The notes beneath the pieces are model-generated. The model did no database searches. It had not been told where the DNA came from and was given only the letters and a program-made list of their open reading frames with translations. A program made the translations under genes and the position numbers. Of a stretch of DNA of 64,000 nucleotides, positions 1 through 13,354 are shown piece by piece (positions within the stretch are counted from its first letter, which is position 1; every line of letters starts with the position of its first letter). The stretch covers positions 399,280,001 to 399,344,000 of the forward strand of contig OZ024740.1 of assembly GCA_964016885.1 (NCBI GenBank), read 5' to 3'. The stretch is from Eledone cirrhosa. Lineage: Eukaryota.

Positions 1-383
1 TGTATCTGAAGATCTCTCTGCACTTGTCGTCACGTGGTGCCATGGGCCCAGCACTATGTGTCAATAATTGTCATAATAATTTGTACCAGAGTTTCAAGTC
101 GTTGGCTGGACTAAAAGTCACACTTGTTTAGCGCATCGGTAAGGGTTCTCCTACATGGATATAAGGTAGTGGCCGTACTCGAAAACGAGTTGGCAGCCAC
201 CATGTATCTATGTATCTATGTATGTATGTACATATCCCTGTCTCTGTCTCAGCTTTTCTTTTCTACTCTGGAAGAAATTTGCTGCTCTCCGGCTTGGAGA
301 GGGATAAACTCCGCCAGGTTTAAAATACCCTAGAGACGCCGTATGTCAATACGGCGCCCCTACGACTCTAATAGGTAAAAAAA

Positions 384-715
384 AATGCATGAGGCCGAAT
401 GGTAAGTGTAGTGACCCCACGTATTCTTAGGCTAGGAAACTGACGGTTCGTTTGTCATGTCGTAGACTGTTACAGCTTCGCCTCTACAAAGAGGATATTA
501 CCCCTGAAATATCATGGTAAAATATACTGGGTAAAACATTTCTTTGTTTTGTTCTCCTTTTCATTTACATCATCTGCCCTTCGTATTTTTCTACCGCATT
601 GTATCGGCTTTAAGTAAAAAACTATCGGATTTTTACTACAAATCTCACAATGTTTTGCAATAACTAAACTACTCTCTCTCTGTGTCTCTCTCTCTCATCT
701 CTCTCTCTCTCTCTC

Positions 716-752
<37 letters not shown>

Positions 753-1132
753 CGTAGTGAAAAATCAGAAAGTTTATCTCCAAAATTGATAGAGCACTCA
801 GTCCAAAGGAGGAGTTCGGTGTAGAGTTAATTCCACAATTACAGAATACTTGGAAAGATGTGAGTTGAAAATCCTATTTAGGTGAAACACTTGTTGTATG
901 GTTTGGTAATTGTTGTGGAATGAATTCTTTCTCACTCTCTCTCATCTCTCTCTCTCTTTCTCTCTATAGTGTGTATATAATAGTATAATAGTTTAATAAT
1001 TTCAATAATACAATGTTGTAATAATTATAGTCAAATAGAACATGAATTATGTATCAGTGCTGGGATAGGCTAGCAGCTTTGATTCTGACATTTAAAAAAT
1101 GACATATCATGAAAACGCACACAAACTCATTA
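384..1132 (+). repeat. ~750 bp segment, inverted copy at 18486-19216 (also 28727-29479 and 57120-57868)
   Basis: Reverse-complement near identity, including internal microsatellites. Confidence 0.9.
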
Positions 1133-1788
1133 GAATTTGACATCAGTGATGATAATTAACCTTAACTTGTTCCGTGGGTCATCCACGGTTGGAAAAAATT
1201 AAGATACAATAATTACTATGGTATGTTTCCTTCATCATCATTGTATTATTTGAATCATTATATTTTATTTTAACATTCTCATAATTTACATCATAATTTA
1301 GTACTTCTTTAGATACCATGTTTAGTGATAGTCTTTCTACGTTTTTCCTTGTTTATTGGTATTAAGAATATAAAACAGAGCAAATTTTCTAGCAACGGAA
1401 ACAAAATATAAAGTTATAACTAAACAAATTGCATATAAAGAAATATTAAATTAATGAATTCATGTGTTTTAATGATAACTAATAGTATAATAATTTCAAT
1501 AATACCATGATGTAATAATTATAATGATATAACAATGAAATGATTGTAACAATATTAATTCTATTTTCTTTCTCACCTATCCATCCAGAGGTGATAAATT
1601 ACTTTGACAAAATTGTCTGAATGTACAAATAAATGTCAGAATAATTATTGTGTTTTAATTGTCAACAGCCGTAGAATTCCCACTTGTTCAGTTAGAAATA
1701 ATATTAATATTACAGAGAAAATAAATTTGTAGATAGTTTCATGTGTTTAGTGCATATGTGTAGGAAACTTGAATATTGGAAATCTTAC

Positions 1789-1894
1789 CTCATTTTGTAT
1801 CAAATTATGATAGCCAAAAAAGCAAATATTTCTCTCTCTTTGGTAACCGGTTTATGTTTCTATATATTTATATATTCCAAAACGATACAGTACA
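1789..1894 (-). CDS. TLR: Putative first coding exon (ATG at 1793) of a further TLR copy lying left of the window
   Basis: Copy of 30136-30241. Confidence 0.5.
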
Positions 1895-2207
1895 CTGAAG
1901 ACAGATTAGTTTAATGTTTTATACAGTAGGAAATGTATATATCTTCTTCTGGTTTCATAATTTCTCAAATTTTTGCCAATAGAGAGAGAGCCGGTTTCTT
2001 ACATAGATACAAGACTCTTTCATTGGAATTTACACAACATCAACTTGGTGGATATGTCTGCATGTCTGCATGCATGCAGACATTGTTATTGTATATGTGG
2101 ATGTGTACGTATATGTGTGGATATGTATGTATGTATAATATATGATTGACTGTAGTTGATACATATGATATATATGATTGTCTAGATTTGAGTAGAGCGA
2201 CATATAT

Positions 2208-2250
2208 TTCCTGTTTTTGAAAAAATTGCCGCTTCCTGTTTTTGAAAAAA
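2208..2250 (-). promoter_or_regulatory. Duplicated ETS-like motif (ACAGGAAG/ACAGGAAA) in the putative TLR upstream region
   Basis: 18-nt direct repeat TTCCTGTTTTTGAAAAAA x2, ~300 bp upstream of the putative first exon; recurs at ~30555 and ~58944. Confidence 0.25.
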
Positions 2251-3916
2251 ATACTTTCTTCTCAAGTATATTTTAGGTGTCTCCTAAATGTTGATGTGAT
2301 AGAAACAATACTATGGCAATTGTTAGGTTCAGGTGGTGCTTCTTCTTTGATGTTTGTGTGTCTGTTATCGGGATAAAACATTGAGAATTTTCGCGATATT
2401 CTCCATAGAATCCATTTCGATTATATTGATTCTGTTCGTTACATTCCAGGCATGCTGGCGTGTATACAATGAAAATAAATATAGTTCACAATTTCTACTA
2501 TTGTGCACAGGTGATATATTATTTAAGCAAATTTCAATGATTTCAATGATTTCTACCCAAACAAAAATATTCAACCCTTTTTATAGAAAAAAGTATATAT
2601 AAGACTATTAGTATAATTCAAGATTTACATTCTATTACAGAATTTTCCAAAATACTTCCTATATTCTTCGTTTCCAAGCATATTTAAACTCAGACATTAC
2701 GGTCTGTTTAGTTAACCCTTAAGATGTGATGTGCGGCCGATTGTCGCGCTTGGTGGTGAATTTATGGTTGTTTTTTTACTTCTCTCTTTTATGAGTTTAT
2801 ATTTGTGTTTATTAACGACATTATATCTGTAAGATTTATCGTATTTAAATCCATTTCCGTACACTGCGCTATAACTATGACTTTACAAACTTTGTAGTGA
2901 TTAAAACTAATTAATTGATTTGAATTTCCAAATTCGTACAACTTGCTCTCCCAATTAACATCACATATATAAGCATTATTGTTCAACTCTCATTGTAATC
3001 TCTAGCAAATATTAATCATTTTGAAATAACCATGTGTAGCGAATAACCATGTGTAGCTTAAAAGGTTAGTATGCGTTTTGTTAGATTGTTTTTTATTTAA
3101 TTACATATATTTTTTAATTAAGTTTTATTATATACATAAATTTCCAGTTTTATATATAACATTAAAAATATTGTTATACTTTGGGAGGGTCATGTTGCCA
3201 ATAAGAAACACACGCACCAGATGCTTTCACTTCAATTTATTATAATAAATTTATAAATTTATAAATTCATAAATTTAGGAATTTATAGATTTCTAGATGA
3301 TTGTTTATATATTGTCAAAGTTCTTTCGTCACACATTCTGTGATCTCTTCAGTGATTCTTTGTTTTTGTGCCTCTCCTTTGTTCTGTCCTACACCATCTT
3401 GTTTTTGTGTGTGTGTTGCGTGCTTAGTTTGCACATGTGTTACATCCGGGTGTCTGTGTGTGTTTATATTCGTTTATTTATTTGTTTATTTACATGTTAC
3501 TGGTTGGTTGTTTGTTCTATGTGCGTGTGTGCTTTCATTTTGTCCTTAATTGTAAGTTGTGATGTTGCTGTTCCACTCATGTTTTCTATTTAATTTTGGT
3601 TGGAGTTCATTTATGTTTATTGCCTCTGTGATTATAACTTTTACAAACACACGTCTTTTAAACTTTTTTATTATTTTATTTGGAAATATAAGTAATAGAT
3701 ATTTTTCAGTATTATGTGTGAAAAGCAACAAGGAATGCTCTATAACCTTAAAAAACCCCAGAAAAAAAAAGATTGAAACCGAACAAGTTTTCCAGTGGCC
3801 CCCTGTACAAATATAAACGCAAAAAGAGATACAAATACATAAAAAAGATGATAAAAGAAGGGGCAGTGCAATTCACCACCAAGTACGACAATCGGCTGAA
3901 CATCACATCATAAGGG

Positions 3917-4115
3917 TTAACTAAACACTTTTAGGCAAGCCAATACGCTCACAACATTGCCACGGGTGATGGCGAGGCTATGGCGCTGAAAATACCTGGC
4001 ACCCTCACATGCATCACCTGACGCCTCAGTAAGGCGAGACGCCAGTGATGACAAGAACTTCGTTGTCAGTGGCTCCACTTCACCTAACGTCTCGAACACC
4101 ACAGGCTGGAAAAAA
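3917..4115 (-). mobile_element. CRE-like non-LTR retrotransposon 3' fragment (restriction-like endonuclease C-terminus)
   Basis: FFQPVVFETLG...FL..LA...FQRHSLAITRGN..SVL resembles the C-terminus of CRE-clade proteins; GC-richer than flanks. Confidence 0.6.
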
Positions 4116-4174
4116 TAATTATAAGCATTTTCCATAAAAAATTTCAAATTTCTCGTTTAAGAATGGTTAATACA

Positions 4175-4415
4175 TCAATCTTTTATCTGTATTGAATGTT
4201 TTAGACTTTTCCAGAATATCACTTCAGCAATCTCATTTTCATGCGGAAATTTAATGTAACTCTGATTCTTTATCTGTTCAAGAATTGGTAAAGGTAATAG
4301 TCTGTGGGGTATCTCCTCCAGTACGACAATAATTACTATATTTCTTTCAGTATGAATATATTCCATTTTAGCTAAGTTATATTCAAACATACACCATTTG
4401 CTTTCCAGGAAATAT
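4175..4415 (-). CDS. TLR: Toll-like receptor copy 1, terminal exon completing the TIR domain
   Basis: Acceptor ttcttttacag at 4416. The phase-2 join gives ...IILLSR-YFLESKWCMFEYNLAKME...IFWKSLKHSIQIKD*, with the WCxFE motif and FW box 3. Confidence 0.92.
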
Positions 4416-4789
4416 CTGTAAAAGAACGTAAAACATAATATAAGTATTGTGTACCTACACGCACAGATATATACATATATGTATGTGTGTAGCGAAATCT
4501 GCCCGCACCTTGATCCCTGGGTGACACTTAACGGTCAAATTCTGGGTTACCTCTTTTTTGGCGTAAAAACAAGTCAATCGTGAGAGATCCCGCGAGGCAG
4601 GGGACAGAGGAAGCGACAGATATAAATATCCTGTCTTAGACCAGGCAAAATGCAGTTCGGAGCAGTCCCTGATAGAGTAACTATGTAAAACATTTGCTTT
4701 CTACAGACCTCTTGGGGTCTACAGACCATTTACTCTCTCTTCTGGTCTTACAGACTCTCATCTTCTCTTGACACAGACTATTTCAGTAT

Positions 4790-6975
4790 AACAAAATAGC
4801 AACAAAAAAACAGAGACAACACCCCTGAAGAACACAGCCCTACCCCATCCCACTCCATCAAACACTACCACAAACACACACACACCGAAACACCACCACC
4901 ACACAACATGCCCCTACTCCACACTCCTAACGATGATTATTCATCGACGGATGAAGCTGCTTCTCCTTCTTTAAGTGAAGAAGAGGGAAAGCCGCTGAAA
5001 TCTAAAAACAAAAAAAAAGAGACACCACAAAACCCGCCAAACTCCAATCACCAACACCAACACACAACCAGAGACACAAACAACAACACCACAGTCAAAG
5101 ATCACCCTACCAGCAAAACAAACACCAACACCACCCCAAACACAAGCACCCACCATAAAAAGAAAACTCCCGGACAAACAACAAACTAAAACAACACAAC
5201 AAAAACAAAAACAACAATACGCATACATCAACACAAACAACAAGAGTTTGATGGAGGTCATCTCCCAAAACTCCAAGGTGGAGACGGAGGGCAAAACCTT
5301 CGTCAAGGCAGAATCGTCTCCACACCTTAAAGTTATAAGAGTTTCTATGGAAACCTATAATGACCTGAAAAATAAATTTTCACAGAACGAGGGCAACCCC
5401 TGCCAGAAACCCATCAACCGCGTCCTGTTAAAATGTTTCACCACCCCACCCAACACCCCATCCAGCACCCAAATGGAGATTGAACAACCCGATCTCCAGG
5501 AAACGAAAAGATAAGTGCACCTTTCGTCCTTTTTCTCCAACTCTTCTTCACCAACATGGCTAGAATGTGCCTGGCCTAGGGATGCCCTGGAAACAGGGCC
5601 AACTTTTAAACGACCTTAGGTCACACGGTATGGATGTGATAGCCATCACCGAGTCCAGGATCCACAACAGGTAGCAACTAACCCCATCTTCGACGACTTT
5701 GAGATGTACGCATCTCTCTGTCAGCCAGGAGGTGGAGGGGGAGTGGCTGTCATGTTTCGGAAGAACCTGGACGTCGAAGTACAGCAAGTACACTTGGACC
5801 CGGAGGGTAGACTGGTAGTCCTAGACGTGAACAGTATTGGAGGTGGAGCCTTCAGACTGGTGGCCGTTTATGACCCCACCGGGCAATCGCAATCACGGCC
5901 AGACTTCTTTAAGCGTCTAGAGTCTTTTCTGGTAACGTCTTGCTCCTTACTTTTAGTGGGGGACTGGAATGGGATCCTAGATGCACGATGGGACTATGTG
6001 GGAGCATGTTGCAGTAGAGGGGCGCGCAACAGCCTCAAAACTTTAATCAGCCAATTCCAACTGGCCGATAGGTATCGACTGGATTTTCCGACTGCACCAG
6101 AGTGGACGTGGGCAAACCGCAGCGGGACATCTAGATCGTATTTAGATAGGTTCTTCATTAGCGAAAGGGACAAAGAGATGTTAAGCTGTCCACGAATGCA
6201 CATGGTTGCCTATTCAGATCACAAATTAGTCGTCTGCTTAGTCAACCGTGATAGAATACATAGACAAGGACCCGGATACTGGAAGCTGAATGTGTCGTTG
6301 CCGGCACGTAAAGCTTACAGTTAACGGATAAGTAGACTAGTCAAGCAACAGTTAACGGGAGCCATCGTCAACAATAAATGGTGGTACTCTCTCAAGAAAG
6401 CAATTAGAATAGAATCGATATGGTTTAGCAGAGAGTTAGCCTTAGAGAAAAACAAAATAGAAAGAGAACTATTAGCCAAGGTAGAGGAGGCACTTAGAAG
6501 TGGTAACGCGGCTAGAGTGTTAGCGTCGAGAACAGCACTGGACCAGTTCTTCGATGCGAAACACGAAGGCTGCGTGGTCAGAAGCAAAACACGTGCTCTA
6601 GGAAACGAAGGAGCAAAAGCTGTCAGCTGGGCCCGAGTGGCGGAGGCGAAAAGTGGCAACAAGTCCACGATTCGGTCTTTGAAAGACCAAAACGGACACG
6701 TGCTACTTGACCCCAAGGAAATGTGAGCGGTCTTTCAGCAGCACTTTGCGCGATTGTTTGAGCAGAACGACGGTGAGCCGAACGGGGCAATGGACTTTAG
6801 TTCATACCTCGACGGCCTGCCGCGTCTCTCGAACACGGACGCCGTGTTCTGCGATAGACCAATCACGGACACTGAGATACGGGACGCTCTGAGCCGCTGC
6901 GGGAAACGCAAGTCACCCGGTCTAGATGGTCTACCCTATGAGGTTTACATAGGCATGCCGGACTTGTTCTCTGGC
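4790..6975 (+). mobile_element. Decayed L1/Tx1-like LINE (ORF1-like remnant, APE endonuclease, start of RT; 3' truncated)
   Basis: APE motifs GVAV, GDWN, SYLDRF and SDH, then GPGYWKLN and KSPGLDGLPYE; stops and frameshifts. Confidence 0.88.
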
Positions 6976-7189
6976 CATTCTTGTCACACTTTGCGTAAAA
7001 CTGATCTTATCTGAGGGTACACGTAATGTGAATTATTTAACAATCTATACGTTAATTCATGAGTCGGTGTTTAAATGATGGAACAACTGAGCGGACATCG
7101 TCAAAACCGACGGACAAATCAATTATCTTCATTGTTACTTATGAAATTATCTTCTTAAATCTGATTCAGAGTGATTGTCTTATAAATAT

Positions 7190-7405
7190 TGGTTTCTCAA
7201 ATTTTTAAAATATTGATTTCTAGCATAAGCACAATATCTGAAAGATGATGGGTGGGTATAATCGATTTAATCGACTGCAGTACTTGGTTCTATCGACGGA
7301 AAAAAAATGAAAGAGTAACCTGATCTTGGTGGGATTTGAACTAAGAATATATAGGTAGATAACTAAACACCGCGGATCATGTTCATCATTCTCCTGATTC
7401 TGTTT
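7190..7405 (-). mobile_element. Degenerate tRNA-derived SINE (same family as 22663-22845)
   Basis: Minus-strand GTTCAAATCCC B-box and a degenerate TTTCAT...GTCGATA...AAGTAC core. Confidence 0.5.
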
Positions 7406-7703
7406 ACTGTCTTTTTAATATTACCAGTTGTTTAGTTTAATCACTATAATAAGTTAAAATAATGTAAAAAATTCCACATTTCAACAGCCTTTAATTCCTA
7501 ACATATACTACTTGAAAAATACTGATATTGCTATTTTAGCAATGTATCTAGTTTCTCTTAAACGTCTCAGCTATTAAATCATTGAATTACGCCAAAGTAT
7601 TAAAGGAGAAACAAAACAATTCCTTAATATATTACTGCATATAGTGCTTCTTAATAAAGTCAAATATATACCCACATGTAAACAAAAATAGCCAAAGAAA
7701 CAC

Positions 7704-7870
<167 letters not shown>

Positions 7871-7970
7871 TTAACTGTTTAGATCAGTTGATAACACAAC
7901 CATATAAAAACAAATAATAATACAAAGCTCAAATGTGATTTATAGTCCTCAACAAAATATGTATATATAC

Positions 7971-8054
<84 letters not shown>

Positions 8055-8923
8055 CAGTATATAGAGAGAAATACACAAAAGATAATTCAGAGCTCAAATG
8101 TGATTTTATAGTCCTCAACAAAATAGGTGGAAGAGAGCTCAGAGTTTAATCCCATCGGTAAATTTCCTGTCACAGTAGTTCTACAATATCACAGAACATA
8201 TATAAAATAAATCAAAATAACTGAATTAAATTACACTAAATTATATAATTGATTTACGAAGGGGAATGAGGGACAATATAAAATCTACACTATTTCCAGG
8301 TATAATAATTATTATCGGATGGTTAGTATATTTTAATTTATTCTTTTAATTGATCTGTATTCTCCTTTCTTTTTGTAAAAAATATCTTTTTCATTCTCGT
8401 GGTTCTCCATCCCCTATGATTAAACACATACCTCTTTGTATATTTCTCTCTATATAATGATTTATAAAGAGCCGAGAATCTATTTCTTGAGCTCATCAAA
8501 TTATAGGTCATTAACGTGAGTCTTTAACTCCGTTTTTTAATTTGATATATTTAAATATATAAATATACATACATATTTATATATATTTGGATGGTTAGCA
8601 TGTTTGAGCCATATATTTTTTAAATAAAAAGAAATTCAAACACAAACTGGCGCGAAAGCTGATGTGCTTATTCACGTGACTGCATGAACCAACCAAACTT
8701 CACTAATATATGAAAAAACAACCCGAGCACCCCCCTTTTTTTGAAGGAAAATTATAATAACTTTGTAACGCGAACTGGCGCGAAATTTATTATACTTATT
8801 CATCAACCAACCAAATTACTTCTCTAAAAACCTCGCATTACGAGCCACTTTTTCCCATATAAAACAGAAGTAACATTCAAAGACCAACCAGATGTGAGAA
8901 AAACCACAAACCCTCCATCACAA

Positions 8924-8967
8924 TTCTACTTTTGAAAAGCAGAAGAACTGCGAAACCGGTAAAGGAA
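8924..8967 (+). ncRNA. Minimal type I hammerhead ribozyme, U3-A8 variant core
   Basis: Stem I CTT/AAG, core TTGAAAA, stem II GCAG-aagaa-CTGC, GAAA, palindromic stem III ACCGGT, cleavage triplet GUA (after 8961). Confidence 0.75.
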
Positions 8968-9044
8968 CCAAATAAATATATATTTAAAAAAAAAAGACTC
9001 CAGTTGCATTTTCAATTTCATCTTTTTTCCTTATATATATATAT

Positions 9045-9692
9045 ATATATAAGAAAGTAAGTCCATAGAATCATTAGATAAAATATATACAGTATTTCTT
9101 CTCCCAATCAACATAATCAACCATACAAAGATCATTTAAACGAGGCTATAAGTTTAAAATATACCTATGAAGAAATAATAGATAAATAAATGATAGCTTT
9201 TTATCCGCGATTCACAGCCACAGAAAATTTACTAATTCTTAGCCATTTTGAATTCGTTTCTGGCGGGGATCATTTAAGAAATATCTTTGTCCAATTGAGT
9301 TTGTCTCCTGATGATTTCGAAACTCGTTGATTTATCCAAGATCGGATATTTCCAAAAAGCGAATGAAATCCCAGGGGGTAGAGATATATTTGATGATTTT
9401 GGTATGTTTATGTACATTTTTTTCTTCTAACTTTGATTTTGTACCTAATTATGTATGGTTAACTGTATGTCTAGTCAATTTCTACAGGCTATTAGAAATA
9501 CTAGGTCAATTTTCAGTCGCTGTGAATCGCGGATAAAAAGCTATCATTTATTTATCTATTATTTCTTCATGGGTATATTTAAAACTTATAGCTGCGTTTA
9601 AATGATCTTTGTATGGTTGATTATGCTGATTGGGAGAAGAAATACTGTATATATTTTATCTAATGATTCTATGGACTTACTTTCTTATATAT
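9045..9692. mobile_element. Non-autonomous fold-back element (~185 bp inverted arms, ~280 bp spacer) inserted at (TA)n
   Basis: 9045-9229 is the near-perfect reverse complement of 9508-9692. Confidence 0.8.
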
Positions 9693-9825
9693 TGCTCTGA
9701 TCGTTGATTATTTAAGTAATTAATTCGTCATTGAGCCACATCGTGAAAGGTTGCCAAAACCATATATATCTATATATCTAAGGCTCTGTCTAGTTTATGT
9801 GTATGTAAACTTCTAAATTATATCT

Positions 9826-9901
<76 letters not shown>

Positions 9902-10057
9902 TAAAATAACAGATTAAAGTTTAAGCAAAGAATCGCTGCTTTCACTCTTAACGGGATCTTCTGAAACTAACAAAGTCAATCAGTAAACGCAGAAGTTGAT
10001 ATTTCAAAAAACGTTGCAGTCGGAGGAAGACAGGAAGACGATACTTTGATTCGTGGA

Positions 10058-10333
10058 AACGTTCCCTGGCAAAGAACGGGAAAAACGAATATAATACGTC
10101 ATTAATATGAGCGGTGAAAAACAATTACGCGCAAAGACAGAACCACGTAAATGGTATAAAAGAGGTCGTAGACTAATGTTCTCTTAGGTGGTTCATAGAG
10201 ACGTTCTCTGGCAATGAACGGAAAAAACGAAGATAATACGTCATATGTGGAGCGTGGAGAACAATTAATTACACGCAAAGACAAAACCACGTAAATGGTA
10301 TAGCTGAAGTCGTAGACTAAAATTCTAACTAGG
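10058..10333. repeat. Diverged ~142 bp tandem dimer downstream of the Penelope-like ORF
   Basis: ACGTTCYCTGGCAA...CCACGTAAATGGTATA...GTCGTAGACTAA occurs twice. Confidence 0.75.
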
Positions 10334-10917
10334 AAACCGAATGAATCTCCGCTTCAGAGTTAAGAATAAAGTAAATAAAATACAATACAGAGGTAATAGA
10401 AATTAAATAAATACATACACGCATGCAAATACGTACATACACAGGCATACGCGAAAACACTTGCCATAGGTATACAAAACCACGCACATATAAATATGTG
10501 TGTGTGTGTATGCGTGTATACAAATAAATAAATAATTAAATAAACGTATATAAATAAATCAATACGCATATAACAAGCATACACACATACCTACATGTAA
10601 ATACACAAATGTTCGGATACGTACATCAACCAAAACATGAAGTACACATATACACACACACACAATACATACGTACGAACCTGCATACTCACACAGATGC
10701 AAAACTCCCGTATACACATAACCAAACCATATGTACCAGAATATATAAAAAATTATACGCCATAACATATACATTTAAATATACATACGAGAAAATATAC
10801 GTACCTTCACAAAACATACAGGTAATATATACTTACCTATGCAAATAAGTAATGGTATAAACAAAACATATACTTAGCTACCACATCAAGACGTAAAATA
10901 TCCACGTATAGATCGTA

Positions 10918-12460
10918 CTATCCGTTAGGGTATAACGTGGGGCTGTAATACAGGAAAGTTTTGTGCAATTTACGTTTACAAGCCGAAATTGCCTCATATT
11001 TTTTGTTTAAGATGTGGTCTGTGGCGTAGAGTATTTCCAGGGCCTCAGCGGCGCAGAGGTCACATGGTCTTTTATTTCCGTTATACGATATAGCCCTAGC
11101 TAGGATCTCCCAGTGTAACTTATATTGGGTGTGGTTGTCTTTTAGACGCCAGATATAAGCTGAAAGTGACGTCATATTCCTTCTTAGAGGGTAACGAAAA
11201 GAATGGGTATGCATGTAAAGATGCTGCTTGAATCTATTGGCGGTTAACCCTATGTAGGCCCTACGGGACGTGGGTGTTTCAACCTTACATTTGTAGACAA
11301 TGTTACTAGAGAGGCATTTCCCGGATAGGGGGCAATCAACTCGACTCCTACAATTACAGTTAGTACTAACTACAGGGTTGCACGCGTTCCTACGGCTAGG
11401 TAGTTTAGCTAAATTTGAAGCTGTGATGTTATGTGCAAGGTTAGGAGTCGTAGAGTAAGAAATTTTAATAGAATTTCTATTAACAATTTTACTACATTTA
11501 TGTGTAGGGGGAAAATGCTTTGTAATAAGGGAAAGAAAGATCTTAGCTAATGGTGTGGCCACCTCCATATTATATGGTGGGTTATACCAACAAATGCGAC
11601 GGGATCTATTTCTTCTAGGTCTATTCTCGTACTCTGTATATGCTACCTTATCGACAAATCCACTCCGAGCAAGAGCTTCATTGTAATAAGTGGAATGGTC
11701 GTTGAAAATATGCTCGTTAGTAGATAGACGGGAAAGCCTCAACGAAACGTTTCTTACCAGGTTCTTGGTTATGCTGGCAGGATGGTTGGAATGCTTACTT
11801 ATGTAATTAAGCGTATCATTCGGCTTTCTATACGGGTAATACAATCCATTCGATAAATTGAGGGTAACGTCGAGGTAATTAACGACCGAGAGATTGGCCT
11901 CAACCTGTATAGAGAGGTTGAAGCCTTTAAAGACGTGAGTTCTTTTCTGAACCTGTCGCAAGCACGAGGTCCGCACTTAGTCATGGTCAAAAGGCCATCA
12001 TCACGGTACAAACCACCGCCCGCGTTGGGGAATTCGTCCTTAATAGAGAAAAGAAGGAAAAGGCCGATAAGATCAGTAACCTCCGCAGAATCGCTGGCGC
12101 CCATACTCACGTAGAATGGGGTACTATTGGATTTTTTAATCCAAATAGAGTCGTCGAAATTAATCACCGACTTACGGGCATTGAGGATGACAACAACTTC
12201 GAAATCCTTAACCACCATGAGTGTTTTAGCGAAATTGATAGCTCTAAGGAGAAGTGGTAAAGTGATGGAGGAGTAGTAATTGTTGATGTCGAATTGGATA
12301 AAACGGCAATGTTCCTTGTTGCATATGCCGTTGAACCAATCAATCACCGCGAAAGAATTGTTCCACAGTGCAAGAGGGGCCAAACTTCTAATTTCAGGTA
12401 TAATTCTATCAAGAATTTTTTTACTAAGTCTACCCAGATCGGACTTCGTAGGGTTAAATA
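10918..12460 (-). mobile_element. Penelope-like retroelement (Naiad-like), 5' truncated, RT + GIY-YIG, one frameshift near 11935
   Basis: QFDINNYYSSI, MGASDSAEV, LYRDDGL, YLDVTL, SNHP; NCNCR..CPL.GKC, IVY...YIG, CDLC..E, LNK. Confidence 0.92.
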
Positions 12461-12480
12461 TACAGTATATATATATATAT

Positions 12481-13313
12481 ATATGAATAAAGTGGTCCTT
12501 CATCAGTGATCATCCAACCATCATCGATATTTTTCTTCGCTTTAAAGACCAGCGAGAGTGTAAACAAACAAAGATGGTGAAGCAACGAAAAGTGAGGAAG
12601 AACGAGGCAAGTGCCAAATTTCCATGAATATAAGTTCGGTGAAATCGTGAACGAGAGAGAATAAAGACGATCAAACCTGGTTGAAATGTGAGCAAGGAAG
12701 AAATTCCGCACAGTTCTAACGGGAGGAAGAAGGGGTCTAGTCCGTGAATTCGGTGAACATAAGTTCTGTGAAATCGTAGACGAGAGAGAGAAAAAATGCC
12801 GACCGGCCTGGCCAAGCGTGCGAAAGAAAAGAATTACGCACAGGTCAAACGGGAAGAAGGAGGAGGAGTAGAGGTAGTAACAGAGAGTGAGTGAGTGAAG
12901 GGTGAGGAAGAGGCTAACAGAGAGAGTGACTGTTAGAGAGGGTAAAGATATAGAGAAAGAGGAAGCAGTAAGAAGGAAATAGACGGGTCACAGCGGGGGA
13001 AAAAATATGAGTAAATATGAGAATAAACGTGCTGTGAAGTTGCAAATGGGTTACATATGAATAAAGTGGTCCTTCATCAGTGATCTTCCAACCATCATCG
13101 GTATTTCTTCGCTTTAAAGACCATATACCTCCGGTTGGTGCGAGCAACGGCTAAAGAAAGTTGTTGGGACACGCGAATAAAGGGAACAGCGAGAGTGTAA
13201 ACAAACAAAGATGGTGAAGAAACGAAAAGTGAGGAAGAACGAGTCAAGTCCCAAATTTCCATGAATATAAGTTCGGTGAAATCGTGAACGAGAGTGAATA
13301 AAGACCATCAAAC

Positions 13314-13317
<4 letters not shown>
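12481..13317. mobile_element. Non-coding element with ~200-260 bp direct terminal repeats, flanked by (TA)n (unit 2: ~40922-41758)
   Basis: 12481-12679 is repeated at 13056-13315 with a ~65 bp indel. Confidence 0.6.

Positions 13318-13351
<34 letters not shown>

Positions 13352-13354
<3 letters not shown>

Noticed and set aside
335-375. Hairpin CGCCGTAT/ATACGGCG as a terminator or Helitron 3' end
   Set aside because: Eukaryotic context; no clear CTRR terminus or 5' boundary identified
860-935. Another UUGAAAA-stem-GAAA hammerhead in the 750 bp repeat
   Set aside because: Core and stem II (CCTA/TAGG) are present but stems I and III cannot be paired convincingly
1670-1682. NF-kB site (GGGAATTCTA on minus) near the putative first exon
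   Set aside because: Imperfect match, expected by chance in this much sequence
7924-8125. ~35 bp direct repeat flanking a (TA)n tract, considered as a TSD or CRISPR-like repeat
   Set aside because: Only two copies with microsatellite between them; most simply a local duplication
9935-9975. Hammerhead in the 3' region of the minus-strand Penelope (CAGAAGA...GAAA)
   Set aside because: Core mismatch and no convincing stems
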